Notes: generated by a model from the letters alone, not told the origin. Shown: positions 1 through 11,116, counted from the stretch's first letter. The stretch: 64,000 nucleotides of DNA from Pseudomonadota bacterium (GCA_039187085.1 JBCCZV010000004.1:2492-66491); one strand, 5' to 3'. A program made the numbers and translations.

Positions 1-73
1 CAGTCGTTCACGCTATGGCATCACCTATGAAATAACAGGGCCTTTTCGCGGTTAAGTTGATTTAATTGATTGA

Positions 74-1663
74 TTAGCTGTTTTTTACGGTACTCATTAA
101 TCCATATTCTTTTAATTTATTAGCCACCGCCGTATGTGAAATGCCCAAGCGCTTACCTAATTTACGAGTGCTTGGGTATTTTGGATAAAGTGATTCTAAT
201 AAGTGTTTTTCGTAGTGTTTCATAGCTTCATCTAAACGCATTTCCCTTTCAAAATAGGGGTCTTGTAAAGGGGCTGATTCCTCTTGCGTTAAGTGATAAG
301 GTAAACGTAAGTGCATTGGCTCAATAATAGCAGTTTCAACAATGGTGACAGCCTGAAAAATAGCATTTTCAAGTTGCCGCACATTTCCAGGCCAATGATA
401 ATTTTGCATCAAGTCTAGTGCTGGTTTGGAAAATTTAGGGCAAGGGCGTTGAATTTGCTGACTGGATTCTTTGGCGAAATGCTCGGCTAAGAACTGGATT
501 TCCTCAGGGCCTCTCTCTTTTAACGTTGGAAGATTCAGCGTTAACACTTTTAAGCGATAAAACAAATCACCTCGAAATCGTTTTTGTTCTACCAGAGCAG
601 GTAAATCATGATGAGTTGCACAAATGACTCTCACATCAATTCGTATTTCATCCTGACTACCTACACGCCTAAATCGGCCATCTTGAAGAAATCGCAACAA
701 TTTTACTTGTAAGTAAGGAGACATATCGCCAACTTCATCGAGAAAAATTGTCCCACCTTCAGCAAGTTCAATCAAACCCGGCTTACCATGAAAATCGGAA
801 GCCTCATGATTGCCTAGCGCGGAACCAAATAACTCTGTTTCAGCTGCGTTTTCAGGTAAAGCAGCACAATTTAATGCAAGAAAAGGCTTATCACGCCGTT
901 CACTTTCTTCGTGACAAGCTCTTGCAAAAAGCTCTTTACCCGTTCCTGTATCACCTACAACCAGCAACGTGGCCTGTAAAGAAGCTACGCGTTGTGCTTC
1001 GGCAACAACAGATTTCATGCGTTCACATTGATGTAAAATCTGATCAAGAGCTCTTGATTGATTATGATTTTGAAAAGCAGCAAGTTGCTTACCAATACGA
1101 TTCATCGAATGTAAATAGATTACTGCACCAGAAATACGATTATTTTCATCGTTGCCTAAACACACAGGAAAGCTATCAGCAATAAAGTTTTCGCCAAAAC
1201 AAGAAACATGTAAACCAAACTGGTTATTGGAATCTTTTGTGAGATTTTCAATCTCCAAGTTATGACAGAATGTATTGAGGTTTTTTCCTATTATTTCTGT
1301 ATTTTGATAAGATTCTGCGGCTTGTTTGAAAAAGTTTTTTGTTGCTTGATTAGCTACCAGAACTACACCTTTTTTATCGACTGAAAAAATAGGTTCTGGC
1401 ATAGCATCCATAACAATATTAAATTCATAATGCTCACGTTCACTCGGCATAAAAGGAACTAAACACGCATGATTAACACCAGATATTTTAACTAAATCTT
1501 TTATGATAGCATTTAATGTATGTGTAGCAGCCCCTGGTAATTTTAGGAACAAACGCCTGTGGCCTAATTCAATCCCTGTTAGGTTAACTCTATGCTGTAC
1601 AACGATCGATAAAACTTCTTGTGTTATACCGAGTCGATCTTTACAAGATACCTCAATTCTCAT
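74..1663 (-). CDS. tyrR: TyrR-type transcriptional regulator of aromatic amino acid metabolism
   Basis: 529-aa ORF. N-terminal ACT-like segment MRIEVSCKDRLGITQEVL resembles E. coli TyrR. AAA+ Walker A GDTGTGKE, C-terminal HTH (STRKLGKRLGISHTAVANKLKEYG), no GAFTGA loop, as in TyrR. Its ATG overlaps the uup stop (ATGA). Confidence 0.85.
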   Translation of the reverse strand: MRIEVSCKDRLGITQEVLSIVVQHRVNLTGIELGHRRLFLKLPGAATHTLNAIIKDLVKISGVNHACLVPFMPSEREHYEFNIVMDAMPEPIFSVDKKGVVLVANQATKNFFKQAAESYQNTEIIGKNLNTFCHNLEIENLTKDSNNQFGLHVSCFGENFIADSFPVCLGNDENNRISGAVIYLHSMNRIGKQLAAFQNHNQSRALDQILHQCERMKSVVAEAQRVASLQATLLVVGDTGTGKELFARACHEESERRDKPFLALNCAALPENAAETELFGSALGNHEASDFHGKPGLIELAEGGTIFLDEVGDMSPYLQVKLLRFLQDGRFRRVGSQDEIRIDVRVICATHHDLPALVEQKRFRGDLFYRLKVLTLNLPTLKERGPEEIQFLAEHFAKESSQQIQRPCPKFSKPALDLMQNYHWPGNVRQLENAIFQAVTIVETAIIEPMHLRLPYHLTQEESAPLQDPYFEREMRLDEAMKHYEKHLLESLYPKYPSTRKLGKRLGISHTAVANKLKEYGLMSTVKNS

Positions 1664-3588
1664 GGTTTGGGTTCAACAGCTTCTTTCATTGCATCTAGAG
1701 TTTCCCAGCGTTCATAAGCTTTTTGTAGCTCAGATTGTTTTTCTCCTAATTGTGTGAAAATTTCATTGGCTACAGACTGATTTTGCTCATAAAAATGAGG
1801 GTCAGTCGTTTTTTCCTCTATATCAGCGATTTCTGTTTCCAGTTGTTCTATTTTTTCTGGTAATGCATCTAACTCACGTTGTTCATTGTAAGAGAGCTTT
1901 TTTGTTTTATTATTTTTTTTGCGGCTATCTACTTTCGTAACTCTAGCTGTAACTTGTTTTTCTTCGATGGATTGGCGTTGACGTAACCAATCGTCATATC
2001 CACCTACATATTCTTGCCAGTGACCATTGTCTTCACACACCCAAGTACTTGTTACAACATTATTAATAAATTCTCTGTCATGGCTTACGATAATAGCCGT
2101 ACCTTGATACTCCATAATAATTTCTTCGAGTAAGTCTAAAGTATCCATATCTAAATCATTGGTTGGCTCATCTAGAATCATTACATTGGAAGGCATTGAA
2201 AAAATTTTTGCGAGCAATAGGCGGTTTTGTTCTCCACCAGAAAGAGCTTTGACTGGTGTATTCACACGTTCTGGAGTGAATAAAAAATCTTTTAGGTAAC
2301 TAATGATATGTCGAGACTTACCATTGATTAGGATTTCCGATTTACCTTCAGCAACATTATCCATTACTGTTTTTTCGAGATTAAGTTGTGCTTTTAGCTG
2401 GTCAAAATAAGCGACTTGAATATTCGTACCAATTTTTATTGTACCTTCAGAAGGTTGTAGCTGCCCTAATATCAATTTAATGATAGTACTTTTTCCACTA
2501 CCATTAGGTCCAAGTAAACCAATACGGTCACCTCGAATAATAGTTGTCGAAAATTTTTTTAAAATCGTTTTTTCGTGATCATAACTAAATCCCACATTTT
2601 TTAATTTCGCAACAATTTTTCCTGAGCGTTCAGCACCTTCTATATTGAAACTGGCATTGCCTTCCAAATTTCTACGCTCAGACCTTTCTTGGCGTAATGC
2701 TTTTAAAGCTCTAACTCGTCCTTCATTTCGTGTTCTTCTTGCCTTTATGCCTTGACGAATCCAAACTTCTTCTTGTGCTAATTTTTTATCAAACAAGGCA
2801 TTATGCTTCGCTTCTACTTCTAAACGTTCTGCTTTTTTTACAAGGTATTCTTGATAAGTGCAATTCCAGGATAATAAATCACCACGATCTAGCTCAATAA
2901 TACGTGTTGCCATTTTTTCAGCGAAACGGCGATCATGCGTGATAAAAATTACCGCTCCTTCATATTGCAATAAAGTTTCTTCTAGCCATTCAATATTGTC
3001 GATATCCAAATGATTAGTTGGCTCATCAAGTAATAATAAATCGGGATTTTTTACTAATGCTTGCGCTAACGCAGCACGTCTTCGCCAACCTCCCGACAAA
3101 TTTTCCATGGTTTGAGTGCCTTCTAAATTCAACTTCATGAGTACAGTTGATACTCGCTGTTCTAGGTGCCAACCTTGTTTAGCGTCGAGAAATTGTTGAA
3201 TTTTTTCCAGTGCGAGAAGTTGATCTTTTGTTTGCTCACTATCAGCTTGTATTTCATCTTGTGCCAAAGCGTGACTGATTTCATGAAACTCTTGGATAGC
3301 TTTACCCACTTCAGCTAAGCCCTCTGCCACAAAAGTTTCTACACTCATTTGAGTTTGTTCAGGTAATTTTTGAGATAATTCAGCAACATTAATTTCTTGT
3401 TGGATTCTAATCTCTCCGTCGTCAGCTTTCTGTCTACCTGCAATCAAAGATAACAAAGTGGACTTACCAGCGCCATTGCGACCTAACAGACAAATTCTCT
3501 CACCTTTTTCTACGGAAAAACTCACATTATCTAATAATTGGTAATGACCAAATGCAATAGAAACATTATCAAATACTAACATGGCCAT
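1660..3588 (-). CDS. uup: ABC-F family ATPase Uup
   Basis: 642 aa with two ABC cassettes (GRNGAGKST and GPNGSGKST, LSGG signatures). Charged coiled-coil C-terminus typical of Uup. Confidence 0.85.
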   Translation of the reverse strand: MAMLVFDNVSIAFGHYQLLDNVSFSVEKGERICLLGRNGAGKSTLLSLIAGRQKADDGEIRIQQEINVAELSQKLPEQTQMSVETFVAEGLAEVGKAIQEFHEISHALAQDEIQADSEQTKDQLLALEKIQQFLDAKQGWHLEQRVSTVLMKLNLEGTQTMENLSGGWRRRAALAQALVKNPDLLLLDEPTNHLDIDNIEWLEETLLQYEGAVIFITHDRRFAEKMATRIIELDRGDLLSWNCTYQEYLVKKAERLEVEAKHNALFDKKLAQEEVWIRQGIKARRTRNEGRVRALKALRQERSERRNLEGNASFNIEGAERSGKIVAKLKNVGFSYDHEKTILKKFSTTIIRGDRIGLLGPNGSGKSTIIKLILGQLQPSEGTIKIGTNIQVAYFDQLKAQLNLEKTVMDNVAEGKSEILINGKSRHIISYLKDFLFTPERVNTPVKALSGGEQNRLLLAKIFSMPSNVMILDEPTNDLDMDTLDLLEEIIMEYQGTAIIVSHDREFINNVVTSTWVCEDNGHWQEYVGGYDDWLRQRQSIEEKQVTARVTKVDSRKKNNKTKKLSYNEQRELDALPEKIEQLETEIADIEEKTTDPHFYEQNQSVANEIFTQLGEKQSELQKAYERWETLDAMKEAVEPKP

Positions 3589-3753
3589 GATCGAATTTAT
3601 CTCCTTAATGATTGTCTAAATAAGCTATACTATGAACCGGAATGAAAGATTAGTTTGAATCGATTGAGCTTATCGAATCTATTCAATGTTATTTGTGTAC
3701 GTGTGGGAATTTCTCTCCTGCTTTGTCAGGTTTTACAACAAGGTTTTAGAAAA

Positions 3754-5793
3754 ATGCAAATAAGTGCTGTGCCGTCTCTTATTGTTTCGCATTTCATTAT
3801 ATTTCTTATTGTCTTTTGTCATAATGACTTAGCCCTAGCAAACTTAAATGGCTCAGAAGCATCAGCTTCTCATCCATCACTCCCCCTCATCAATATTGAA
3901 GAGCAACGCGAACTATTTTTATCAGCTGAAAAAGCTTTGAGAAAAAAAAAGCTTACACGTTTTAAGGAATTAAAGCGTCAGTTATCGCAATACCCACTTG
4001 AAATGTATCTCGATTACGCTTTTCTAAAACGTTATATCTCTCAAGCATCGTCTGAAGACGTTGAACATTTTTTTGAACGCACCATAAACTCTCCGCTTGA
4101 GAGAAGATTTCGTGCCAAATGGTTGAAACATTTAATCAAAACTGAACAAAATGCAGACTTCATCCGATTTTACAAACCTGGCATCAATACATCCTTGACT
4201 TGTCATTATCTTACACTGCGCACTAGGCAAGGTGAAAGGTTAGAACAACTTGACGCTGTTATTAACAATTTATGGCAAACGGGAAAGTCTCTACCTCCAG
4301 CCTGTGACACAATTTTACAAGCATGGCGCGATGAAAATTTTATTTCGGAACATCGTGCATGGAATCGCATTCATCTTGCTATTGAGCGCAAGAATTACGC
4401 GCTCGCTAAGTATTTGAAGCGCTACCTGCTAAAAAATGAGCGATATCTCGTCGATTGGGCCATTGAGCTTCGTCGTTATCCTCAAGGGGCTCTCAAAAAG
4501 CTTACACAAACGCCTCGCTCCGAGAAAGAATCAGAAATTTTCTCTGAATCAATCAGGAGGCTAGCTTGGATTGATCGCGATAAAGCTATACTTGCCTGGC
4601 AAAAATTACAAGATAGTCGTTCACTTTCTCCTGCTCAAGCTTACAATGTCAGTGAAACTATAGCCGTAAGCTTAGCCGTTGATAATCATGATGCTGCACC
4701 GCAATGGTTACAATCAGTTCCTCACAATGCTTCCAGCCCCAAACTTAACGAATGGCGACTCAGACATGCACTTCGGCATAGAGATTGGGAACAAGTCCAA
4801 GAATGGGTAACACAGCTGAATTTCGCTGACACTGAATTTGGTATCACCGGGCAACGTTATTGGTTCGCTCGAATGCTTTCTATACAAGGTTTTGAAAGTC
4901 GCTCGCAAGATATATTCAAAGAACTTGCTAATGAACGCAGTTACTACGGCTTTTTATCCAGCGCATTAATACAAAAATCTCCCAATCTCCGCCATCAACC
5001 TATGCGTGTTCCACTCGCTTTAATCGCACAAGTTGCTCAAAACGACACCATTAAACGCGCAAAAGAGCTTTTCCATCTTGGCCGTACAACTCAGGCACGC
5101 CGCGAATGGGCAGGTTTATATCAGCAGTTTAATCGGGATGAATTAAAAGCAGCCGCTATCGTTGCTTCTGAATGGCAATGGTATGATCGATCAATTTTCA
5201 CTGCCGCAGCTATTAAACACTTTAATGATATCGAATTGCGTTTTCCTTTAGCTTATAAAAACACATTACAGAAATATGCCGCTCAGCATAAGATTGATCT
5301 GTCGTGGGCATTTGCCATCACTCGTCAAGAAAGTGCTTTTATGTCAGATGTGCGTTCTCACGCAGGAGCTACCGGCTTAATGCAGCTGATGCCTTACACC
5401 GCTAAAAGTTTGGCAAAAAAAATGCGCATTCGTTATCGGGGTAAGCATGAATTAACTCGTCCTGAAAAGAACGTTAAATTTGGAACTTTTTATTTACAAC
5501 AGTTATCCAACCGATATCAAGGCAATCCTATTCTTGCCACAGCTTCCTATAATGCAGGGCCACATCGTGTTATACAATGGATTCCTAAAAATGACAGCTT
5601 ATCTATGGATGTTTGGATAGAAAATATCCCTTACAACGAAACACGAAATTATGTCAAAAATGTCGTAGCTTACGAAGCGATTTACAGCCAAAAGCTCGGC
5701 CAGCGTCCTTCACTCATCAAACGAGTTATTACCGAAACCGTTGGTAAAGACACAGGATCTGATAAATATGTGTCTCGCAGCCAGGCTGATTGA
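3754..5793 (+). CDS. slt: soluble lytic murein transglycosylase (Slt70-like)
   Basis: ORF 3655..5793. Probable start is the ATG at 3754 (MQISAVPSL..., signal-like segment). Superhelical repeat region, then a C-terminal SLT domain with ITRQESAF and ATGLMQLMP motifs. Confidence 0.85.
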   Translation: MQISAVPSLIVSHFIIFLIVFCHNDLALANLNGSEASASHPSLPLINIEEQRELFLSAEKALRKKKLTRFKELKRQLSQYPLEMYLDYAFLKRYISQASSEDVEHFFERTINSPLERRFRAKWLKHLIKTEQNADFIRFYKPGINTSLTCHYLTLRTRQGERLEQLDAVINNLWQTGKSLPPACDTILQAWRDENFISEHRAWNRIHLAIERKNYALAKYLKRYLLKNERYLVDWAIELRRYPQGALKKLTQTPRSEKESEIFSESIRRLAWIDRDKAILAWQKLQDSRSLSPAQAYNVSETIAVSLAVDNHDAAPQWLQSVPHNASSPKLNEWRLRHALRHRDWEQVQEWVTQLNFADTEFGITGQRYWFARMLSIQGFESRSQDIFKELANERSYYGFLSSALIQKSPNLRHQPMRVPLALIAQVAQNDTIKRAKELFHLGRTTQARREWAGLYQQFNRDELKAAAIVASEWQWYDRSIFTAAAIKHFNDIELRFPLAYKNTLQKYAAQHKIDLSWAFAITRQESAFMSDVRSHAGATGLMQLMPYTAKSLAKKMRIRYRGKHELTRPEKNVKFGTFYLQQLSNRYQGNPILATASYNAGPHRVIQWIPKNDSLSMDVWIENIPYNETRNYVKNVVAYEAIYSQKLGQRPSLIKRVITETVGKDTGSDKYVSRSQAD

Positions 5794-5864
5794 GATGATA
5801 AAGATAGAGTCAATCCATCACTTTAAATAAAGAAAGTAATGGATGACATCATAACTTTATTCTT

Positions 5865-7715
5865 CTAAAAGCGGTATTCTAGCGTGGCTCTGTACTCACG
5901 CCCTGCACCAGGATATTGATCGATAACAAAATAATCTTTATCAAAAAGATTATTGATCTTTATGGATAATAACCAATCTTGAAACCCTTCATAACTGGCA
6001 ATGGCATTCATCAAATTTCTTGCTGAGATAGTTATATCGCCAACATCTGATTGACGCCCATGATGTTCAAACTCTAAAGCACCATACCAAACTTCTTCCC
6101 AATTCATACTGACATTATAAAAAGCGGTAAAATATGGCCTTCTAATTAATTGTTGATCTGAATTTTTATCTTTTGCATCTTGATGACTTAATGTTAATTC
6201 ATGTGTAAGTTCATAAGATGCCAAACGTAATGTCAAATCAGTACCAAAGACTTCCGCTTTGTCGATATTAATAGGTTGAAAAACCCCTGTATCTGGATTA
6301 CTAGACCAAGTAATTAAATTATCGTATTCAGTAAAATACACTGAGCTTTCAAGTTCAAAAAAAGGATGAAGATAGCGAATTAAAAACTCTGAGTTATCGG
6401 CAATTTCTGAAACCAAGTCGGGATTCCCCATACTGCCAAAAGCTTCAGGGAAATACAAATCATTAAATGTTGGGGCTTTAAAACCACGAGCATGAGACAA
6501 AGTCATTAGCATGTTTTTTGTAGTAAAAAAACCTAAGCTTGCGTGATAAGTAAATTCTTCATCAATTCCTTCAACATCATCGTAACGTAATGATGCTTCT
6601 ATTTGTAACTGTTGCCTTTGATACTGCATGATTCCAAAAAGCGCTGAAACTTCTCTTTCTGTTTCACTGTATTGATCTCGCGTTTCAATAGACTCGAGAT
6701 ACCAATCAACACCAACGGAAACATCTACATGGCTTTGTATTGAAAAATGATTCACTAAATTCAGCTGTGTTCGGTCTGTTTTAAATAACGAAGTCGATGA
6801 ACCAGGAACAATTTCATCCGCATTATCTTCATCACGATCTTGTGAAAAACCCGCACTGAACTCTAGACGGCTGACACCCATATCGATTTGGTTTGTCCAG
6901 TGAACAAAACCGTTACGGTAATCTGTTTCGTCCCCGCCAAAACCACTATCAAATTCTACATTTCCTTGATCCCACTGTCCGCTGAGTTGTGAACGCCATA
7001 TATCAGATAAATATTTCTGACCATGAAAAGTGAAAGACTGGCGCTCATAGCCGTCATCATCAGGTTGGTCAACGGCAAAGGGATTACTTAAATCTGGTCG
7101 AATAACATCAAAACCATCAGAACTTTCTGATGAAAAAGTCACGCTGATGCCTTCTTTATCACCGATACCAAATCCACCACTCACTCCCCAATACGCATTA
7201 CTCCCTAAGCCAGCTTTTACATAACCTTCTTGTTGACGAAATTGACGAGTGAATATTTGGATCACGCCACCAATAGCATCCGATCCCCATAGTGAAGCAC
7301 GAGGGCCTCTTACAACCTCAACACGTTCAATCTGATCGACAGATAAACTGGATGTTGATTTTACACCAACAGTAGCCGATCCAACACGCATACCATCAAT
7401 CAAAATTAAAACGTGATCGGAATTACTACCCCTGAAAAACAAATCTGTATTATGAGCTTCCGTACCCTGAGTGATTTTCGTTACACCAGCAACACGCTGT
7501 AAAAGCTCTGCCAAAGATCGAGGTTGGATTTTTTCAATTTCTTCACGCTCAAAAACATCAATCGCAGCTAGTGCTTCCGATTGACTTTGTAGTACCCGCG
7601 AAGAAGTCACCTCTATAACTTCAGCATTATTTTCTGCTAATGATAAAGGTGTATGCATTAAACCAATAATAGCCATGCTCAGCATGACGGGTTTTCCCAT
7701 AATAATCAATTTCAT
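5865..7715 (-). CDS. btuB: TonB-dependent vitamin B12 outer membrane receptor
   Basis: ORF 5865..7754. Likely start is M14 (MKLIIMG..., signal peptide ending SLAENN). TonB box EVIEVTSSR, plug and beta-barrel, C-terminal ...TLEYRF. Last gene of the riboswitch-controlled operon. Confidence 0.85.
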   Translation of the reverse strand: MKLIIMGKPVMLSMAIIGLMHTPLSLAENNAEVIEVTSSRVLQSQSEALAAIDVFEREEIEKIQPRSLAELLQRVAGVTKITQGTEAHNTDLFFRGSNSDHVLILIDGMRVGSATVGVKSTSSLSVDQIERVEVVRGPRASLWGSDAIGGVIQIFTRQFRQQEGYVKAGLGSNAYWGVSGGFGIGDKEGISVTFSSESSDGFDVIRPDLSNPFAVDQPDDDGYERQSFTFHGQKYLSDIWRSQLSGQWDQGNVEFDSGFGGDETDYRNGFVHWTNQIDMGVSRLEFSAGFSQDRDEDNADEIVPGSSTSLFKTDRTQLNLVNHFSIQSHVDVSVGVDWYLESIETRDQYSETEREVSALFGIMQYQRQQLQIEASLRYDDVEGIDEEFTYHASLGFFTTKNMLMTLSHARGFKAPTFNDLYFPEAFGSMGNPDLVSEIADNSEFLIRYLHPFFELESSVYFTEYDNLITWSSNPDTGVFQPINIDKAEVFGTDLTLRLASYELTHELTLSHQDAKDKNSDQQLIRRPYFTAFYNVSMNWEEVWYGALEFEHHGRQSDVGDITISARNLMNAIASYEGFQDWLLSIKINNLFDKDYFVIDQYPGAGREYRATLEYRF

Positions 7716-7725
7716 TTTTCTCTCT

Positions 7726-8604
7726 TTAGTTTGTTTTGTACGAAGAGTTAGCATCGTGTGAGTAAAATTGTCGTGATTGTTCTAATTTTTCGCAAAGATT
7801 TATTAATTCGCCTAAAACACGTTCAGACATTCTATGGAGTTTATCAGCATCAAGTTGAATAATTTGCTGATTTTTTACTGCAGGTATTAATGTATAACGA
7901 TTCCAATCAATGTGTAAATTTTGCGGTGTACTTGCTGCTAAAGGCTGAATAATGACTTGTGGTTGCCATTGAAAAACACGTTCTAAACTCACCGTAGGAT
8001 AATCATTAGCTACGCTATCAATAACATTTTCTGCACCACAAATTTTTAACATTTGCATTGGCCAAGCTTGACGTGCTATAGAGGTTAAAGGTTTAGGAAA
8101 CAATTCATAAAAAACGCGCACCTTCGATTTCCCAAAATATTTTTTCTGTATGGCATTAAGCTTTTTTAAAAAACGATCCGCTTGATAGTTGGCCGTATCT
8201 TCTAACCCCAAAACCTTACCAAAATATTGCATTTCCTTAGCCACATCATCTAATTCTTTAGGTTCGGAAAAAATAATTGATAAACCTAAATCCTTGAGGC
8301 GCAGCAAATCGTTAGAAGAATTACCGGATTGCCAAGCAATAATCAAATCAGGCTTCAATGCAAATATTTTTTCAACCTGCAATCTACTATAATTACCAAT
8401 GATTGGGATGTTTTTTGCTTGTTCGGGGTAATCAGCGTGACTCGTGGTGCCGATAATACGTGAACCTGCTCCTATCAAGTATAATTGCTCAACGATATGT
8501 GGCGCTAAAGCAATCACTCGCTGAGGAGCCTCTGCGCTTATTTTTTTTGAGAAAATAATGAAAGCCGCTATAACTAAAATTAAGCGTATTGTGTTAAAAG
8601 ACAT
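7726..8604 (-). CDS. btuF: periplasmic vitamin B12-binding protein
   Basis: 292 aa with signal peptide. RVIALAPHIVEQLYLIGAG...ALKPDLIIAW aligns by eye with E. coli BtuF RVITLSPANTEL...ALKPDLVIAW. Confidence 0.75.
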   Translation of the reverse strand: MSFNTIRLILVIAAFIIFSKKISAEAPQRVIALAPHIVEQLYLIGAGSRIIGTTSHADYPEQAKNIPIIGNYSRLQVEKIFALKPDLIIAWQSGNSSNDLLRLKDLGLSIIFSEPKELDDVAKEMQYFGKVLGLEDTANYQADRFLKKLNAIQKKYFGKSKVRVFYELFPKPLTSIARQAWPMQMLKICGAENVIDSVANDYPTVSLERVFQWQPQVIIQPLAASTPQNLHIDWNRYTLIPAVKNQQIIQLDADKLHRMSERVLGELINLCEKLEQSRQFYSHDANSSYKTN

Positions 8605-9215
8605 TAGTAATCAATACCTTTTTGCGCTTTTATCCCTGCATCAAAGGCATGCTTGATAGAGTTTATCTCACTCACGGTATCCGCTAAATCCATTAGCTTT
8701 TTTGGGCAATCTCGGCCGGTAATTATAAGATGCTGCATTGGGGGCCTCTCTTTGATCGCTTTGATGACACTCTCTAGATCCAAATAGCCAAAATTAATCA
8801 TATAGGTGAGCTCATCTAAAACCAGTAGATCTAAAGCCGCTGTTTGTAACCAGGACAATGTTTTTTTCCAGACCTCTTCAGCAGCTTTTTTATCAGCGTC
8901 CTTGTCTTGTGTATTCCAAGTAAAGCCCGTTCCCATGACAATAAATTCTACTCCATGAGTCTGTAACAAATCTCTTTCTCCGCAAGTCCATTGCCCTTTA
9001 ATAAACTGTACAACAGCAGCTTTTTTTCCATGGCCTACAGCACGAGCGACAGTACCAAAAGCTGCTGTCGACTTACCTTTGCCATGACCTGTATTCACAA
9101 TAAGCAATCCTTTTTTATCACGGGCTGAGCGAATTTTTTCATCCACATTTGATTTTAACTCTTGCATTTTTTCTTTATGTGAAACATTATCATGATTTGG
9201 TTTTTTATTGGTCAT
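8604..9215 (-). CDS. cobO: cob(I)yrinic acid a,c-diamide / cob(I)alamin adenosyltransferase
   Basis: 203 aa. P-loop GHGKGKSTAAFG and a CobA/CobO/BtuR family layout. Lies inside the btu operon. Confidence 0.85.
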   Translation of the reverse strand: MTNKKPNHDNVSHKEKMQELKSNVDEKIRSARDKKGLLIVNTGHGKGKSTAAFGTVARAVGHGKKAAVVQFIKGQWTCGERDLLQTHGVEFIVMGTGFTWNTQDKDADKKAAEEVWKKTLSWLQTAALDLLVLDELTYMINFGYLDLESVIKAIKERPPMQHLIITGRDCPKKLMDLADTVSEINSIKHAFDAGIKAQKGIDY

Positions 9216-9272
9216 AATAAGAACCTTTTAAAATTTTTGTCCTATCAAAGAATTTTTTAATTTAAAGCCAAT

Positions 9273-10247
9273 TTATTTTTCAGATTGCTTAAAAAGCACG
9301 ATAATAAAAAATAAGCTACCCATTAGTGATGTGATAATACCTATTGGCAATTCTTGACCCACTAACAAAGAGCGAGCTAATGCATCAACCCATATGAGAA
9401 AAATTCCACCTAAAAGCCCTGAACCTAACACTAAGGGAATAATGGTGTGTCCAAACCAGAGGCGTACAATATGTGGTACCATCAATCCAACAAAGCCGAT
9501 TCCACCACAGAATGCGACAACCACAGCTGATAACAATGCACATAGAACGAGTAAAAAAGCTTTAAATACGGTGACTGAAACACCTAATAGCTTTGCTTGT
9601 TCATCACTAATTAAAAAGGCATCGATTTGACGACTAAACCCAATACAAATAATTGTGGTGAATAAGATAACAGGTACAATAAAATAGGTTGCATGTATTT
9701 TGACATCAGCCAAACTCCCCATTAACCAAAACAAAATACGCTTACTTGCTAATGGGTCAGTGATGTATAAAATACCTTGCATGATAGCGGCCAACAGAAA
9801 TGAAATTGCCACACCTATTAAGATAAGATGCTCCATACGTGCCGTCATTTTACCAATGATCAGAATAGCACTAATTGCAATGATAGCACCGGCAAATGCA
9901 CCTAAAGGCACGGATAGAAATGAAGCAGCAAAGCTTGTTACTACCACAGCTCCTAACCCTGCTCCGGAAACAATTCCCAGTAAATAAGGTTCAGCTAGTG
10001 GATTGCGCGTGGTGTTTTGCAAAATGGCCCCAGCAATAGCAAGTGCGCTCCCTGCTAAGAATCCAATTATCACTCGTGGTAAACGAAACTCCCACAGTAA
10101 AGTACGAGAAAAAGCATCATCACATTCCCAGAATAAGCATCGATAAAGTTGAAAACTATTAGTTTCAGTTGGCCCTATATTGATGCATAGAATAACACTT
10201 AATAAAGCTAACCCTAACAATCCCCATCTTAAGGTTATCGTATTCAT
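9273..10247 (-). CDS. btuC: FecCD-family ABC permease (BtuC-like)
   Basis: 324 aa polytopic membrane protein with typical FecCD/BtuC hydrophobic pattern. Overlaps the upstream ATPase gene by 4 nt. Confidence 0.8.
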   Translation of the reverse strand: MNTITLRWGLLGLALLSVILCINIGPTETNSFQLYRCLFWECDDAFSRTLLWEFRLPRVIIGFLAGSALAIAGAILQNTTRNPLAEPYLLGIVSGAGLGAVVVTSFAASFLSVPLGAFAGAIIAISAILIIGKMTARMEHLILIGVAISFLLAAIMQGILYITDPLASKRILFWLMGSLADVKIHATYFIVPVILFTTIICIGFSRQIDAFLISDEQAKLLGVSVTVFKAFLLVLCALLSAVVVAFCGGIGFVGLMVPHIVRLWFGHTIIPLVLGSGLLGGIFLIWVDALARSLLVGQELPIGIITSLMGSLFFIIVLFKQSEK

Positions 10248-11116
10248 CGATCATTCACATTGTGGGGATAAAAAAACCTAACATTGGGCAATTTTTTACC
10301 GTTTACTTGGCTTTCAGTTACTTGACAAGACAAATGAAAGGCTTCTTTTAATATATTTTCTTGTAACACGTCTTCTGCTATACCTGATGCAAGCAATTGA
10401 CCTTGTTGTAACAACAAAAGTTGGTCACAATACTCTGCAGCTAAATTAAGATCATGAATAGCAATGATAACCGTTAAACCTAACCCTTTAATCAGTGCTA
10501 GAACTTGATGTTGATGATAAACGTCTAAATGATTCGTCGGTTCGTCTAAAAATAAAAAAGGCGTATTTTGAACGAGAGCCCGTGCTATCAAGCACCGTTG
10601 TTGCTCTCCACCTGATAGGGTTGAAAATCGTTGCTGCTTTTTATCGAATAGGCTGACACGCTTCAAAGCTTGTTGAATGTTTTTTTCATCTTTTTGTGAA
10701 TCAAGTTGAAATGGTTTTTTATGAGGGATAAGTCCCATACGAACGACTTGCAAAAGCGACAGATCAAATACGGGTTCTATTTGTTGTGAAACAACAGCCA
10801 CAGAACGCGCCATTTCTTTTGGTTGCAGCTTACTAACACACAAGCCATTTAATAAAACTTGGCCTTGAAACTTTTCTAGGCCAGCAAGACAACGTAATAA
10901 CGTTGATTTACCAGCACCATTCGGCCCAAGCAACCCTACCAACTGCCCCTTATTGACAGAAAAGTTCAACATTGAAATAGCTGTGTATCCTTGACGCCAG
11001 CAACATAAATCCGTTACTTCAACAGCAGGTTTGACGATATTATGTTGAGTTTTTGGATCATCGCCAAATTTTGATGAGGCATTTAAAAAAGCCATTTTCT
11101 TGATAAGTGTAATCAA
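10244..11116 (-). CDS. btuD: ABC transporter ATP-binding protein (BtuD/HmuV-like)
   Basis: Walker A GPNGAGKST, signature LSGGEQQR, Walker B LFLDEPT. The ORF opens with TTG at 11116. ATG at 11095 (MAFLNASS...) is an alternative start. Confidence 0.8.
   Translation of the reverse strand: MITLIKKMAFLNASSKFGDDPKTQHNIVKPAVEVTDLCCWRQGYTAISMLNFSVNKGQLVGLLGPNGAGKSTLLRCLAGLEKFQGQVLLNGLCVSKLQPKEMARSVAVVSQQIEPVFDLSLLQVVRMGLIPHKKPFQLDSQKDEKNIQQALKRVSLFDKKQQRFSTLSGGEQQRCLIARALVQNTPFLFLDEPTNHLDVYHQHQVLALIKGLGLTVIIAIHDLNLAAEYCDQLLLLQQGQLLASGIAEDVLQENILKEAFHLSCQVTESQVNGKKLPNVRFFYPHNVNDR

Noticed and set aside
748-1185. Antisense ORFs of 60-145 aa inside well-supported genes, e.g. 748-1185, 15267-15590, 23228-23584, 51535-51876, 60490-60837 and 62322-62714
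   Set aside because: All lie fully within, and opposite to, genes with clear family motifs. Their translations are low-complexity or unrecognisable, and they lack SD sequences. They are typical shadow frames.
3655-3753. N-terminal ORF extensions reported by the ORF track: slt 3655, purN 44341, DUF3108-like 45071, fxsA 53745, DUF2066-like 43177, korA 57376, perM 41437, btuB 7754
   Set aside because: In each case an internal ATG gives a canonical N-terminus (a signal peptide or family-typical start) and removes overlap with the neighbouring gene. The extensions read through intergenic or upstream-gene sequence.
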